The position numbers and the translations under genes were made by a program. The notes beneath the pieces were generated by a model. That model had not been told where the DNA came from and ran no database searches. It saw only the letters and a program-made list of their open reading frames with translations. This document shows positions 39,385 through 50,844 of a stretch of DNA of 64,000 nt, one piece after another. Each line of letters starts with the position of its first letter. Within the stretch, counting starts at the first letter, position 1. Source of the DNA: Cyclobacteriaceae bacterium. Lineage in GTDB: Bacteria; Bacteroidota; Bacteroidia; Cytophagales; Cyclobacteriaceae. The DNA lies in assembly GCA_035408225.1 (NCBI GenBank), contig DAOOCD010000001.1:3384-67383 (forward strand), written 5' to 3'.

Positions 39385-40185
39385 TTACGGCTTTAGCGCT
39401 CTGCGGTTTCTTCTGCGCACCCACCAAAACACTAAGGCGATAAGGCCTACTACAAATGGCCATAGAGTTACAAGAAAGATCAGGAAGGATAGTAGATTAT
39501 CCCAGCCGCCTTTTAATGACTCCACAAATTTTGAAGCAAACCCAAAGTCAGTTCCAATAATTTCATAATAAGATACATTGAGTGTACTAAATGAAACCTG
39601 GTTTTGAAGATATTTCAAACGGCCTTCCATCGATTCAATCTCAGCACGCACATTTGCAATCTGACTCTCAATGGATACGATCTCCTCTACAGTTTTTGCC
39701 TGCTTAAGAATTTCGCGGAAACGAGCTTCCAGTTCTTTCTTTGTGGTGAGGCGCGCTTCAACATCGATAAACTCTTCGGTTACATCTTGTGTATTGATAC
39801 TCTTATTTTCAATTTTATCAGCTAATGGTTCTAATCGATAGATCAGATTATCAAACTGATCAGCAGGCACCCTGATTGTTTGGGTGTATTGAAGACGATT
39901 TTCATAGTTGCTTTCATTCTCGGAAGAGATGTAAGCATTTAGTTCTTTGCTGATTTTCTCTATTTCAATTTTTGTCTTTTTTACATCGCTACTTTTAAAA
40001 TCAAGCTGCCCATTGCGGATTAGTTTTCGCTCCACGGAAATATCAGTTGCTTGAGCCGGTTGTTCACTAATCTTCCTATCCATGGCCATTTCTGCTACGG
40101 GAGCCAGGGCATAGTTGACATCGTTGTTCTTTTCATTGCAAGAAAACATCAAGATGAATATTCCAAGGATGAGATTCATTTTCAT
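39385..40185 (-). CDS. DUF4349 domain lipoprotein
   Basis: Lipobox LMFSC; RKLIRNG, IRVP, DVTEEFID.EARL, C-terminal TM. Start 40185 preferred. Confidence 0.88.
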   Translation of the reverse strand: MKMNLILGIFILMFSCNEKNNDVNYALAPVAEMAMDRKISEQPAQATDISVERKLIRNGQLDFKSSDVKKTKIEIEKISKELNAYISSENESNYENRLQYTQTIRVPADQFDNLIYRLEPLADKIENKSINTQDVTEEFIDVEARLTTKKELEARFREILKQAKTVEEIVSIESQIANVRAEIESMEGRLKYLQNQVSFSTLNVSYYEIIGTDFGFASKFVESLKGGWDNLLSFLIFLVTLWPFVVGLIALVFWWVRRRNRRALKP

Positions 40186-40243
40186 TTTGATTGATGGTTC
40201 ATGTTTATAAGTCGGAATTGCAATAATAGTCACGCAAGGTAAA

Positions 40244-40277
40244 TAAAAAAGTCAGGCCTTTTATTAGACCTGACTTT
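40244..40277 (-). terminator. Intrinsic terminator of pgk
   Basis: AAAGTCAGG / CCTGACTTT stem with a T-run on the minus strand. Confidence 0.75.
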
Positions 40278-40298
40278 GACGTGAACTGCTTTTAACTA

Positions 40299-41483
40299 TT
40301 ATTCTAGTGCCGCAACACCGGGTAATACTTTTCCTTCAAAATATTCCAAAAGGGCTCCACCACCTGTCGATACATAACTTACCTTTTCTTCGAAGCCAAA
40401 CTTGGCGACTGCAGCGGCTGAGTCACCACCACCAATCAATGAGAAAGCTCCTTTTGAAGTAGCTCGAACGACCGCTTCGGCTACAGCCTTGGTTCCTTTC
40501 TCAAATTTCTCCATTTCAAAAACACCCATCGGTCCGTTCCACAAAATGGTTTTTGATTCTTCTATTACTTTAGAGAAAACCTGCGTTGCCTGTGGCCCGA
40601 TATCCAACCCCATCCAACCATCCGGAATGGAATTGTTATTAACGGTTTGAGTATTCGCATTAGCATCAAACTTATCACCGGCTATAGAATCGATAGGCAA
40701 ATGCAGTTCAACACCTTTGGCCTTTGCTTTCTGAATAAGTTCTTTTGCCAGGTCCAGTTTATCAGCTTCTACTAATGAATTTCCGATGTTGCCACCTAAT
40801 GCTTTAAAAAAAGTATAGGCCATACCACCACCGATTATCAGGTGGTTTACTTTATCGAGAAGCTTCTCGATGATCAGAATTTTATCAGAAATCTTTGCGC
40901 CACCCATAATCGCTGTAAATGGCTTTACTGAATTGTCAAGTACCTTTTTGGCATTGTCGAGTTCAGCTGCCATCACATATCCGGCACACTTATCCTTAAA
41001 AAATTGTGCAACTATGGTGGTGGAGGCATGTGCACGGTGGGCGGTACCAAACGCATCGTTTACATATACATCACCATGTTTCGAAAGTTTTTCTGCGAAT
41101 GCAACATCGCCCTTCTCTTCTTGCTTATAGAAACGTAGGTTTTCCAGTAACAACACTTCACCGGGTTTCAATGTGCCAGAAAGTTTATAGCCTTCTTCAC
41201 CAATGCAATCCGGTGCGAATTTAACAGCTACGCCAAGGAGCGCTTCAGTAGTTTTGATCGTGTGCTTAAGTGAGTATTTATCCTCTGGCCCTTCTTTTGG
41301 TCGACCCAGGTGCGACATCAGAATGCAACTGCCTCCATCCTTAAGAATCTTCTTTATCGTAGGCACGGTAGCCCGGATGCGATTGTCATCGGTTACTTCA
41401 AAACTTTTATTGAGGGGCACATTAAAATCTACCCGAATAAGAGCACGTTTGCCATTAAAATTTATATCATTAATTGTCTTCAT
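40299..41483 (-). CDS. pgk: Phosphoglycerate kinase
   Basis: [39 protein letters not shown]. Confidence 0.98.
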   Translation of the reverse strand: MKTINDINFNGKRALIRVDFNVPLNKSFEVTDDNRIRATVPTIKKILKDGGSCILMSHLGRPKEGPEDKYSLKHTIKTTEALLGVAVKFAPDCIGEEGYKLSGTLKPGEVLLLENLRFYKQEEKGDVAFAEKLSKHGDVYVNDAFGTAHRAHASTTIVAQFFKDKCAGYVMAAELDNAKKVLDNSVKPFTAIMGGAKISDKILIIEKLLDKVNHLIIGGGMAYTFFKALGGNIGNSLVEADKLDLAKELIQKAKAKGVELHLPIDSIAGDKFDANANTQTVNNNSIPDGWMGLDIGPQATQVFSKVIEESKTILWNGPMGVFEMEKFEKGTKAVAEAVVRATSKGAFSLIGGGDSAAAVAKFGFEEKVSYVSTGGGALLEYFEGKVLPGVAALE

Positions 41484-41553
41484 AAACACCTTTTTTAGGT
41501 GGCCGAAGTTACAAAATCAGTTGGTAGGGTGGGTGAATAGAGGCTTCTATTTT

Positions 41554-42057
41554 TCAGCAAACGATTGAAGGTTCATTCACAGAAACGGGGATAATTTCCC
41601 TCCATTTATCAGATTCTGCGTAAAACTTTATCGTTTCATTTCTTTGCTCCAGAAGTTTGGTAAGATAGCGTTTCAGAAAAATAAAGTCGGCTGCTTCTCC
41701 AATCAGCCCCAAAGGCGATTCAAAATAAAAATGATCGATCATCACGGTATCTTCATTCATGGCATAGAAGAAGTGGTCGTGAATCATGGTTTTGAAAACA
41801 CCGCTAACCATTTCATCCGTAAAGAAAAAGGGACGGGTGAATTTACTTATTTGAGTTTCCAGGGTTTGACGGAAGCCGAGATGAGTAGCTTGCCATAATG
41901 CTTTTTGGTTGGGCCCGATAAGTCCTCGGGTTACACCGCCCACGGCCTCTTCATTTGTATGCTGCACGGAGATTTTATGCAAATCAATACTACGTGCGAG
42001 ATCAAAGCATAATTCAATGGGTGCTTTGATAAGAGTGGTAAGTTCGATTTTATTCAT
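41554..42057 (-). CDS. SRPBCC family protein
   Basis: I.APIE.CFDLARSIDLH, FTDEMV.G.F....HDH.F. Confidence 0.85.
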   Translation of the reverse strand: MNKIELTTLIKAPIELCFDLARSIDLHKISVQHTNEEAVGGVTRGLIGPNQKALWQATHLGFRQTLETQISKFTRPFFFTDEMVSGVFKTMIHDHFFYAMNEDTVMIDHFYFESPLGLIGEAADFIFLKRYLTKLLEQRNETIKFYAESDKWREIIPVSVNEPSIVC

Positions 42058-42067
42058 CTAGTAGAAA

Positions 42068-43180
42068 TTAATCCCCAAAACTGATACCGAGTCCTTTTGC
42101 TGCTTTTATTATATCAGCATCTTTCTTTAACGTGTTATATTCTTTCGTTGCGTCTTCAAGCGTTACGGATGTGATTGCATTGTTTTTGAAAGCCACCATC
42201 CGTCCAAAGTTTTTCTCAAGAGCCAATTCAAAGGCCTTCACCCCAAATAGAGAAGCCAGCACCCGGTCATACGCGATAGGTGTGCCTCCACGTTGTACGT
42301 GCCCTAAAACGGTTTCTCGTATTTCAGCCTGACATCCGGCATCTTTCAGTTGTTTGGATAGCTGGTAGGCTACTCCTCCTAATCGAACATGCTCCGATCC
42401 CTTTTCACCAGCGGAAGAAGTAATAGTTCCCGTTTTTGGTTTTGCACCTTCGGCTACTACGATATTGACAAACCCCCGGCCCTTTTTATAACGGTTGTCG
42501 ATCTTCTTTACCAACTTATTAATATCATAGGGGATTTCTGGAATGAGACAAATTTCGGCTCCACCGGCAATAGCAGTGTGCAACGCAATCCAGCCGGCAT
42601 CACGACCCATCACTTCCATAATCATGGTTCGATGATGACTTTCAGCAGTGGTTACCAATTTGTCGAAGCTATCGGTAGCGATTTGCACTGCAGTTTGAAA
42701 TCCAAAAGTTACATCTGTAGCTGACAGGTCATTGTCGATTGTCTTTGGAACTCCAATCATCGGTATCCCTTTTTTGTAAAGAGTCTTGGATATTTTCTGT
42801 GAGCCATCTCCGCCAATATTAATAATGGCATCGAAGTTTAATTTCTTAAGCTTTTCGACCAGTTCATCAGAACGGTCAACAAATCGAACTGTGCCATCAG
42901 GCTGGGGGTAGGGGAACTTGATAGGATTGCCCTTGTTCGTTGTTTTAAGAATGGTTCCACCCTTTACGTGAATGCCAGCAGTCAACTTACTGGTTAGTTT
43001 TATTATTTCCTGTGGTTCATTTAAAACTCCATTAAATGCTTCAATACTTCCGTAGACCTCCCAGCCTTCATTTTCTTTAGAAGCACTTTCCTTGCGGGCA
43101 CGTTTACAAATTCCACGGATAACTGCGTTAAGGCCTGGAGAGTCACCGCCACCGGTGAGAACGAGAATTTTCTTTGTCAT
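42068..43180 (-). CDS. pfkA: 6-phosphofructokinase (PfkA family)
   Basis: LTGGGDSPGLN, GGTIL, IGGDGS, PKTIDND, EVMGR, LGHVQRGG. Confidence 0.95.
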   Translation of the reverse strand: MTKKILVLTGGGDSPGLNAVIRGICKRARKESASKENEGWEVYGSIEAFNGVLNEPQEIIKLTSKLTAGIHVKGGTILKTTNKGNPIKFPYPQPDGTVRFVDRSDELVEKLKKLNFDAIINIGGDGSQKISKTLYKKGIPMIGVPKTIDNDLSATDVTFGFQTAVQIATDSFDKLVTTAESHHRTMIMEVMGRDAGWIALHTAIAGGAEICLIPEIPYDINKLVKKIDNRYKKGRGFVNIVVAEGAKPKTGTITSSAGEKGSEHVRLGGVAYQLSKQLKDAGCQAEIRETVLGHVQRGGTPIAYDRVLASLFGVKAFELALEKNFGRMVAFKNNAITSVTLEDATKEYNTLKKDADIIKAAKGLGISFGD

Positions 43181-43285
43181 TTCTAATCTTGCTCTAATAA
43201 GTTTGGTGCCGAAGATCAGGCACTACATAAGCAGTGAATATCTTAATAAGTCTTCAAATGGAAAGCGGTAGGGCCGAATATTTTT

Positions 43286-44242
43286 TTATTCCGCTGCGGC
43301 TCTCCGTAGGCGGTCATTAATTGCTTTGCCTAAGCCAATATCAGGCAACGCCTCGGCAAGGATAATGTCAACGTCCTTTTTATCGAGTTCACGCAAGGAA
43401 GCAAATAAGTGCTGGGCTGCCTCTTCCAGGTTTCCAGTATTGGATAATGCAATTTGATTAGCCTGATCTATGCCCGCTGCTTTATTACGGAAGGCGAGTA
43501 TCCCAACTTTTGAATTTGGGTATTGGGTTATTAATTCGGACAATACCCCCCACGCAACTTTTTTTCGGGGTGCGTAGTGACTTTTCAGTTGTCCCGGAGC
43601 TTTAGGATTGGATGAGCTATTGAGTTGTACTGCAACTTTTCCTATTACCTTTTCTATTTCCTCAAGGGTAAGTCCACCCAGCCGGAATACTGTTGGGATA
43701 TCATTTTCAAAACCAACAATGGTAGATTCAATACCAACCCGACATTCTCCGCCATTCAGAATATATTTTATCTTATGGCCGAGTTGTTCATTCACATGCT
43801 CGGGTCGGGTGGGGCTTACGTAACCGAATGGGTTGGCACTGGGTGCGGCCAATGGAAAAGATAAAGCTTGAAGAAGTGACTGTGTAAGTGGATGATCTGG
43901 ATTGCGAATCCCAACGGTATCCATACCTGAAGTAACGAGGTCGGGAATGATACTTTTCTTTTTAAGCAGCAGGGTTAAAGGTCCTGGCCAAAATTTGGTT
44001 GCTAGTTTTTCTGCTTTTTCCGGTAAGAATTCAACCAGTTCTTTCGCGTGTTGCAAATTCGCCACGTGCACGATTAGTGGATCAAATTGTGGGCGGTCTT
44101 TGACTTTAAAAATTTTCAATACCGCATTTGAATCCAGGGCGTTGCCGGCAAGTCCGTAAACAGTTTCGGTAGGGATCGCCACTAATTCACCCTGTTCCAG
44201 TAATGTTTTTGCTTTGAAAATATCTTTTCCGATTTCCGCCAT
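43286..44242 (-). CDS. sua5: L-threonylcarbamoyladenylate synthase (Sua5 type)
   Basis: PTETVYGLA, K.RP..DPLIVH, AAPSAN, APGQLKSHYAP, AINDRLRRAA. A -7 box TAGCTTTG at 44250-44257 implies a near-leaderless mRNA. Confidence 0.95.
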   Translation of the reverse strand: MAEIGKDIFKAKTLLEQGELVAIPTETVYGLAGNALDSNAVLKIFKVKDRPQFDPLIVHVANLQHAKELVEFLPEKAEKLATKFWPGPLTLLLKKKSIIPDLVTSGMDTVGIRNPDHPLTQSLLQALSFPLAAPSANPFGYVSPTRPEHVNEQLGHKIKYILNGGECRVGIESTIVGFENDIPTVFRLGGLTLEEIEKVIGKVAVQLNSSSNPKAPGQLKSHYAPRKKVAWGVLSELITQYPNSKVGILAFRNKAAGIDQANQIALSNTGNLEEAAQHLFASLRELDKKDVDIILAEALPDIGLGKAINDRLRRAAAE

Positions 44243-44315
44243 GGATGCGCAAAGCTAAAATTTATTTGTCATGATGTGATAAAGGGTGTATGTTGTAGGA
44301 GCAAATGATAAACCT

Positions 44316-44477
44316 ATGAGTAATAAAACACGCTCGATTTTAAAAGCTATTGCAGTAATCTTAGTCTTGCTGGCAGTTCTGATGGAACTAAAAATTATCA
44401 TTATTCCAGCAATTGCAATTTATAAGTTTTGGATTGTGGTGATTGCGTTTGGATTAATGCTGGTGGGTTCTAAGTAG
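44316..44477 (+). CDS. Small two-TM membrane protein (53 aa)
   Basis: MSNKTRSILKAIAVILVLLAVLMEL...FWIVVIAFGLMLVGSK; overlaps the convergent Nudix gene by 24 nt. Confidence 0.65.
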   Translation: MSNKTRSILKAIAVILVLLAVLMELKIIIIPAIAIYKFWIVVIAFGLMLVGSK

Positions 44478-44999
44478 TTTTTCTTTCATCCTTAATACAG
44501 ATCGCTCCTGGTTGTATTCTTCTAGGGATGTCAGGGGAATCCATTTCACATCGTGAGATTCTTCACTTACTATAATTGGTTCATCGATTGAAGCTTCGAT
44601 AAGAAACCGGATATCAAAATGAAAATGCTCAGGAAAGTCCTTTCGGAGAGGAATAGTATGGATATCTACATCAAATGGAGCTGATTCAACAATTCTAAGT
44701 TTTTTTAAGCCAGTCTCTTCCTCAGCTTCCCGTAACGCCACGCGCAAAATATTCTCATCACCATCGGCATGCCCTCCGGGTTGCACCCATTTATTTAATT
44801 TAGCATGATGCACGAGTAAAGTCTGCGACCGGTTGCTATCTACAATCCAGGACGAACCGGTGATATGACCCGGGAGGTGTGTGCGTTGAAAACAATCGGG
44901 GTGAGAAAGCAGTTCTAAGAAACGATTAATGAAAAATTCTTCTTCCCGAAAGGCTGTAGTATATCCGGAAAAGAAACTAACTAAAGTTGAACGATCCAC
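44454..44999 (-). CDS. NUDIX hydrolase
   Basis: GHITGS; Nudix box PGGHADG...ALREAEEETG; H.DIRF. Confidence 0.92.
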   Translation of the reverse strand: MDRSTLVSFFSGYTTAFREEEFFINRFLELLSHPDCFQRTHLPGHITGSSWIVDSNRSQTLLVHHAKLNKWVQPGGHADGDENILRVALREAEEETGLKKLRIVESAPFDVDIHTIPLRKDFPEHFHFDIRFLIEASIDEPIIVSEESHDVKWIPLTSLEEYNQERSVLRMKEKLLRTHQH

Positions 45000-45004
45000 A
45001 AAGA

Positions 45005-45358
45005 CTATTGAATAACAATAGTGACTTTATTGAATTTTCCATCTTCCAGTTTGCCGATAATTTCGCCACCACCTGAGTTGTCCCGGTCGTCTTTACGAAC
45101 TATCACATAATATGAGATTGCCTCCATTTTTTTGAATTTCACTAAGCCCTTAGCATCCGAGGTTCCTTCCATTACTACATTTTGTTCTTTCAGGTAGTCT
45201 TGTTCAGATTTGAATAACTTCACTTCGGCACCGTTCACCGTGTTGCCCACTTCATCGCGTACAGTAATCGTTAAGGAGGTGTTTAAAATCTGATTGGGTT
45301 GGCTAACAAAGGAGAAAGCCATCAGCGAAAAGAATAATATTAGTAAGAATGATTTCAT
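45005..45358 (-). CDS. Secreted carboxypeptidase-regulatory-like (prealbumin-fold) domain protein
   Basis: Signal peptide from MKSFLL; ITVRD..G..V.GAEV.LF and SDAKG.V.F. Confidence 0.75.
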   Translation of the reverse strand: MKSFLLILFFSLMAFSFVSQPNQILNTSLTITVRDEVGNTVNGAEVKLFKSEQDYLKEQNVVMEGTSDAKGLVKFKKMEAISYYVIVRKDDRDNSGGGEIIGKLEDGKFNKVTIVIQ

Positions 45359-45468
45359 AGAGTGTAATAATTTGTTGACTTGAATTTCCAGTACATAGTT
45401 ACACAAACTGTTAGAAAAAATAAAGGCACCTACGGTAGATGCCTTTAGAATCAAATCAGTGACTTGTT

Positions 45469-48400
45469 TTATCGAAGGAGTGCCACACCACCTCGTTTTT
45501 CTAAAATTCCCTTCTCCGGCTGGAAAGAGCTCACATATTTCACTATATAAGCATATGTTCCTCCAGGCAAGGCTTGTCCGGCATTATTGTAGGTGCCATT
45601 CCATTTAAAATTCCGATCATTTGATTGAAATACTAATTCGCCCCAGCGATTGTAAATAAAGATTTGAAAGTTGTCAGTAATGAAGTAGCTGTAAACAAAG
45701 AAGTCCTTGTTGGTAGATATAGAGCTTGTAGGCCTAAAGGCAGTTGGCGCAACAATTTTTGGAACGCAGTCATTCACTACTTCGGTTTGATCGCGCGCAA
45801 TACATCCAAATGAATTGGTAATATCCACTTCATAGATTCCCTCACTATCAGCGTTAAGCACGCGTTGCGTATAACTCAATGTCACCTGATTCTTAAACCA
45901 GTTGTAGGTGGTAAAAACTCCAGGATCCAGGTCAATGCTTGCCGTGGTGGGGTCATTGTTATCCGGATCATTGCAAATGATCACTCTATTGGGCAACTCT
46001 CCTTCAGGCAAGGGGGCCTTAATCACCTGAATTTGTGCAGGAGTCGTACAACTTCCCTTAATAATGTCGACACGGTAAATACCGGCTTCGGTTTGATTGA
46101 TAATTGCTGTATTCGCTCCGGATATTAATACGTTATCTCGGAACCAGGCAAACGTAACCCCTGTGGCATTGGTGGTTGCAGTTAATGTAAAAGGCTTGTT
46201 ATCATCGCAGGCCGGAGTTCCGGTTACCGCTGCAGTTACAAGTCCGGTTACTTCTACGGGTTGTGCGGCCGAAGACACAACACAACCATTTATCGTATTT
46301 ACAACATCAACCCGATAGGATGCGCCATTGTCTATCAAGCCAAGCGCAATTTGCTGGCCACCGCCTTGCAATACTCCATTTCTAAACCATCGATAGGTGA
46401 AACTACCTGAAGGTTGTGCAGTGAGTATTACCTGATCGGCACATGCATCACTTTGTGTGAAGGTTGGTGTTATAGTGCCAGGCACGTTTACCGTTGTACT
46501 TACTGTTGAAGGGCAACCTGCGCCTGTTGCTGTTACGGTAAAGGTCACCGTTCCTGCACCAGGTAATAATTGTATAGTTGCACCATTCGTTGCCCCAACA
46601 ATACTTCCAGGTACGTTGCTTGTCCAGGAATAGCCTGTTCCGCCCGAGGCAGTTAATGTTGGAGTTGCTGCACAGAGATTGGGAGTAAAAGTAACATTAA
46701 CAGGTGTGGCTGGTATTACAGCAAAATTATTGATTGCGAAAATGCAGCCTGTATTATCTTTTACTTCTATCGTATAGGTGCCTGCGGCTAAACCAGGAGT
46801 TATATCAAATACAGCTGTTGCAGAACTTGTAGGTCCAATTAACTGACCTGTTCCATTATTTGTTACAGTGTATTGTAAGGGAAGAGTAAAACCGCCCACC
46901 GTTGTAACACGCACCGTTACCGGATCACAATTAGGGGCTTGTGCCAATGCTGTAGCCGTGAATGTAGCATCAGTCAAACCAAACGAACTTGAAATTGTGC
47001 AGCCGGAAATCTGATCTGTTACCACTCCTGAAAAGGTACCTGCTCGTTGACCAATAATAGGTCCAATGGTTGTAGGTGCCAGTTGGTCAATACCATTTTG
47101 AAAGAAACTATTTGGTCCGGTCAGAAAGTATGAATATGGTCCAGCGGGTGGTGCAGAGATGTTCAGTTGCAAGGTAATTGAACCTGTTGCAGTACCACAC
47201 CCAACAGGATTAGTGCCTGTAAGGGTAAATGAAGGCGAAACGTTAATAGTAAATACTTTGTCATCTGTGATGGTACACGTTGTAACGGGATCAGTAACTG
47301 TTACTTCGTATTTGAATACCCCAGGCAATGAAGTATCTACAGCCTGGGTTTGAATAGTGCTCGCATTGACTCCATCGATTTTCCACAAAATATTCGCACC
47401 TGGATTTTGTGCATCCAGGGTTGGCGTAGCATTGTCTTCACAAATGGTCAGGTCAGGTCCCAGATCAACCTGTGGTCGGTTATCAGCCACAATACTTTGC
47501 GCAGATGACGAACAGCCGTTGACATCGGTGTTGGTTACTGAAACAAATGCTTGCTCATCGAAAGTTACGGTTCGGGTAGTATCGCCACTCGACCATAAAT
47601 ACGTGAGGCCGGGAGTGTTAGGGATATTCGCATCCAATGTTACCAGCCCTGTACACAATACCGCAGCACCGGGTATTGAAGGCGGAGCGGGAGGACTAAA
47701 TATTCTTACCTGCTTGATGATGGTTGTATCTAAACTGCATCGGTTAGTGAGTCGCATGGATACAGTGTAGAGACCGGGTGCCGCATAGAGGTGTACAGGT
47801 GCAGCTTCCGTACTACTACCTCCATCACCAAAGAACCATTGAAAATTGTCGATTGCATCTGTAGCTGTTCCTGCAAAACGCGTTGAGTCGCCAAAACAAA
47901 CTCCGGTAAAATCAAAACCGGGTCCGCCAAAAGCATTGCTTTGTATCTGAACAAAATTTGGTAAGCCGAGTCGGCTGTTGGTTCCAGCCAATAATGAAAA
48001 TCCTGCCGGGGTATAAGTCGATAAGGCTGTGGTGTCATCAGTCGCCTGGATGGTACCTAACGATCCGCTACCATTGATGGCTGTATAAATCTGTCCATCG
48101 GGCCCTAATTGAATTGCGCCTAACTCTGTGTTTTGATTTATTCGTTGCTTGAAGAAAGGCCGCTCAAGCGAATCAAGAAAATATTCAAAGATCTGCGATG
48201 GCGTTGGCGATCCTTTAACGGTAGCAAAAACTTTATTTCCACCCGGTGAAAACTCGATACCGTAAACCTGTCCATTTGGTTCTTTCAAATCGATCTTGCG
48301 ATAATTGGTGAGCAGGCCTGTGCTATCATTCAATGTGAATAATTCAACCAGATTGCTGGTGCCAGGTGTCGAAAGAGCAACTGCTACATTATTTCTTGGG

Positions 48401-50664
48401 CCGATCTTCATGTAGCCTTCTCCATTTTGCTGAGTCTTAAACACATGGTCTGATCCAATCTCAGAATATACAGGTTGACCTATTCCTTGTTGAGTAATTG
48501 GGTACGAGCGAAAAATATTATTTCCATACTCATGAACAATCACCCACTGACCATTGGAGGTTACCCGTTCGGTGCTTTTCGAAAAGAGCAAAACATTTTT
48601 TTCAACCAGAGCACCTTTTCCGGAATTTAGTTTTAAATCGAACAAAGAGTAACGAAGCTCATAGGGTGCTGTGCCATTGATAGCTTGTGTAGTGAATATG
48701 TAATAAAGAGTTTCATCCCCGGGCACGGGAACTATGATTGAAGACTGGGAAGCAGCAGGATCTCCACCAATTCCGTTGTCAATCTCAGTGTCCGTTTTAT
48801 CGTATACTTTATCTCCATCAGTATAAAAAATCACATCACCATTGCGATCGCAGACTATCGCACAGCCTTCAGGTGCATCCATGGCACTATTATCAAGGGG
48901 CACCGGGGGTTGAACATTGAAATCAATACCGGCCTTATTGCCGAAATACCAGACATTAAATCGTTGATCCTGCAAACCGTACTCCTTAACATTGACACCC
49001 GCGTAAGCAGAACAACCTGACGCATCGGTAACTACTACATAATAATAACCGGCCGAGTCGGGGGTAAGAGTATCACCTAAATCACCATTCGACCAAACAA
49101 TCGATGCAGGCGTACCTCCTTGTATAGAAACCTTTACTGAAAACTGTGTGGGTGATGATGTGCCTCTTGGCGGAGGGAATTCATCCTTACAAGCCGTGGT
49201 ATCCTGAACTAATTGAAGTTGAAGAGCAAATGGATTTATCGTTACAGGTAATGTTGTAGACTGAGTTTGACCACGATAAAATGCATTCAAGGTTACATTA
49301 AAGGTACCTGCGTTACCATAGGTATAAATAGGACTCCAGCTACCAGAACCATTATTGTCACCAAAATCCCATCTTAGGCTATCTGCGTTTGGGGTTACCA
49401 CTGGAAAGAAACTTGTCGGAGAATTTTGACAAGTACCTTGTACAGTAAAACTAACATTCATGATTACACTATCCTTCGGTTTAAAAGCCGGGAATTGTGT
49501 GCTATTAAAATCAGTACTGCTGAAAAGCGATTGGGAATTAATCACTCTGCTGGCAATCGTATCCGTATTAGTGAACTTGCCCAATAAAAATGGTCCACCA
49601 GAAACAGCCTGATACAAATGATAGATCGCACTATCGGGAGCAAGTTGTAATCCATAGCTTCTGAAGAGTGGTGCTGTTGCTACTGGTGTAAGTGTAATGG
49701 CAGGATTCTGATAATCATATTGCAGCACACTGGCATTGATGCCGGTGTCGCCAAAGCGGCTAAGATATAAGTAGCGGCCCTTTGGATCCCACTCTATATC
49801 ATAGATCGATTGACCGTTGCTGGTAGCAAGACCCGAATTAAAAATAAAACGATCGAAGGTGATTAGCCCGGTAGAATTATCAAAGTTGAGTATTAACGCA
49901 TCGGTATTGGGATCTTGTGGTGAAACTGCAATTTTTCCTGTTTGGGAATGATATGAAAAGTTTGCGACCGATGTTGGGAAAGCAACGCCTGAAGAAACAA
50001 TGGTGGGGAAGGTTGCCGTAGCATTGATCAGGGTAGCTGAATAATTCTGCGATCCATTCTGATGGGTAATAAGCCAGAAGTCAATACGATTGGCGTGGGG
50101 TATTACAATCATACCTTCTGATCGGTTAGATAATCCAGGCATAGCCACATTCTTGGCACCAACAACACCGAGTGCTGGTGCTGGAAAGACTGCGTTGCCA
50201 AATTGATTTAAGTCAACTTCGCTTTGACTAATGGAGCCTCCCGTTGTAAAGTTTGCTGAGTTTGTAAATATGTACCAGCGGTTGGTTTGTCCCGGCATAG
50301 GGGCAATAGCCACAGGTTGGTTAGCATCTGGTTGGCCGTTGAGGCCATTGCCATTAGGCATAGCCAAATGGCAGGCATCATAAACACGAATTCCATCCGT
50401 ATAAAAAAGCAAATTGGCTGTGGCAGGGTCGGTAGCCACTGCGGCACCACCTCTGGCAAAGGGTATAGCCTGATTGGTAACAGGCTGGGCTACATTAGTT
50501 CCACGATTAAATCGGATTCCGTTTATTGAGTTTCCAAAATACCAATTGTGTTGTGAAAGATCCTGTGCGAAAATAGAATTGAATGAGGCAAGCGTAAGCA
50601 AAACTGCCACCGACACCCCCCACATTTTTTTCAAATATTGCTTACTCCCCACCCTCATAACCAT
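45469..50664 (-). CDS. Large T9SS type-B substrate: 2x (propeller-like + PKD), Cys-containing Ig-like repeats, gliding-motility (CHU_C) CTD
   Basis: Two WYFGN-initiated domains; PKD motifs WDFGD and WFFGDG; CTD PTAFRP...IYNRWGELVF...WNG...GTYAY...G.VALLR. Confidence 0.9.
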   Translation of the reverse strand: MVMRVGSKQYLKKMWGVSVAVLLTLASFNSIFAQDLSQHNWYFGNSINGIRFNRGTNVAQPVTNQAIPFARGGAAVATDPATANLLFYTDGIRVYDACHLAMPNGNGLNGQPDANQPVAIAPMPGQTNRWYIFTNSANFTTGGSISQSEVDLNQFGNAVFPAPALGVVGAKNVAMPGLSNRSEGMIVIPHANRIDFWLITHQNGSQNYSATLINATATFPTIVSSGVAFPTSVANFSYHSQTGKIAVSPQDPNTDALILNFDNSTGLITFDRFIFNSGLATSNGQSIYDIEWDPKGRYLYLSRFGDTGINASVLQYDYQNPAITLTPVATAPLFRSYGLQLAPDSAIYHLYQAVSGGPFLLGKFTNTDTIASRVINSQSLFSSTDFNSTQFPAFKPKDSVIMNVSFTVQGTCQNSPTSFFPVVTPNADSLRWDFGDNNGSGSWSPIYTYGNAGTFNVTLNAFYRGQTQSTTLPVTINPFALQLQLVQDTTACKDEFPPPRGTSSPTQFSVKVSIQGGTPASIVWSNGDLGDTLTPDSAGYYYVVVTDASGCSAYAGVNVKEYGLQDQRFNVWYFGNKAGIDFNVQPPVPLDNSAMDAPEGCAIVCDRNGDVIFYTDGDKVYDKTDTEIDNGIGGDPAASQSSIIVPVPGDETLYYIFTTQAINGTAPYELRYSLFDLKLNSGKGALVEKNVLLFSKSTERVTSNGQWVIVHEYGNNIFRSYPITQQGIGQPVYSEIGSDHVFKTQQNGEGYMKIGPRNNVAVALSTPGTSNLVELFTLNDSTGLLTNYRKIDLKEPNGQVYGIEFSPGGNKVFATVKGSPTPSQIFEYFLDSLERPFFKQRINQNTELGAIQLGPDGQIYTAINGSGSLGTIQATDDTTALSTYTPAGFSLLAGTNSRLGLPNFVQIQSNAFGGPGFDFTGVCFGDSTRFAGTATDAIDNFQWFFGDGGSSTEAAPVHLYAAPGLYTVSMRLTNRCSLDTTIIKQVRIFSPPAPPSIPGAAVLCTGLVTLDANIPNTPGLTYLWSSGDTTRTVTFDEQAFVSVTNTDVNGCSSSAQSIVADNRPQVDLGPDLTICEDNATPTLDAQNPGANILWKIDGVNASTIQTQAVDTSLPGVFKYEVTVTDPVTTCTITDDKVFTINVSPSFTLTGTNPVGCGTATGSITLQLNISAPPAGPYSYFLTGPNSFFQNGIDQLAPTTIGPIIGQRAGTFSGVVTDQISGCTISSSFGLTDATFTATALAQAPNCDPVTVRVTTVGGFTLPLQYTVTNNGTGQLIGPTSSATAVFDITPGLAAGTYTIEVKDNTGCIFAINNFAVIPATPVNVTFTPNLCAATPTLTASGGTGYSWTSNVPGSIVGATNGATIQLLPGAGTVTFTVTATGAGCPSTVSTTVNVPGTITPTFTQSDACADQVILTAQPSGSFTYRWFRNGVLQGGGQQIALGLIDNGASYRVDVVNTINGCVVSSAAQPVEVTGLVTAAVTGTPACDDNKPFTLTATTNATGVTFAWFRDNVLISGANTAIINQTEAGIYRVDIIKGSCTTPAQIQVIKAPLPEGELPNRVIICNDPDNNDPTTASIDLDPGVFTTYNWFKNQVTLSYTQRVLNADSEGIYEVDITNSFGCIARDQTEVVNDCVPKIVAPTAFRPTSSISTNKDFFVYSYFITDNFQIFIYNRWGELVFQSNDRNFKWNGTYNNAGQALPGGTYAYIVKYVSSFQPEKGILEKRGGVALLR

Positions 50665-50844
50665 TTGACTTTGTTGATCCTGAATTCATATTGAAATTAA
50701 AACGTCAAATAACACTAAAGTAATACAATTTGATGGAAAATATCGTTAACCAGACGAAAGGCCCCTATTTGTCGGCAAATGTTTTTTTTAATGTTGTGAA
50801 AGAATTTAATTTGCTAAGATAGAGCGTGGTCAAAATCTGAATTA

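Noticed and set aside
40216-40235. Sigma-54-like motif upstream of the DUF4349 gene
   Set aside because: It has the TTGC -12 element but lacks the invariant GG at -24.
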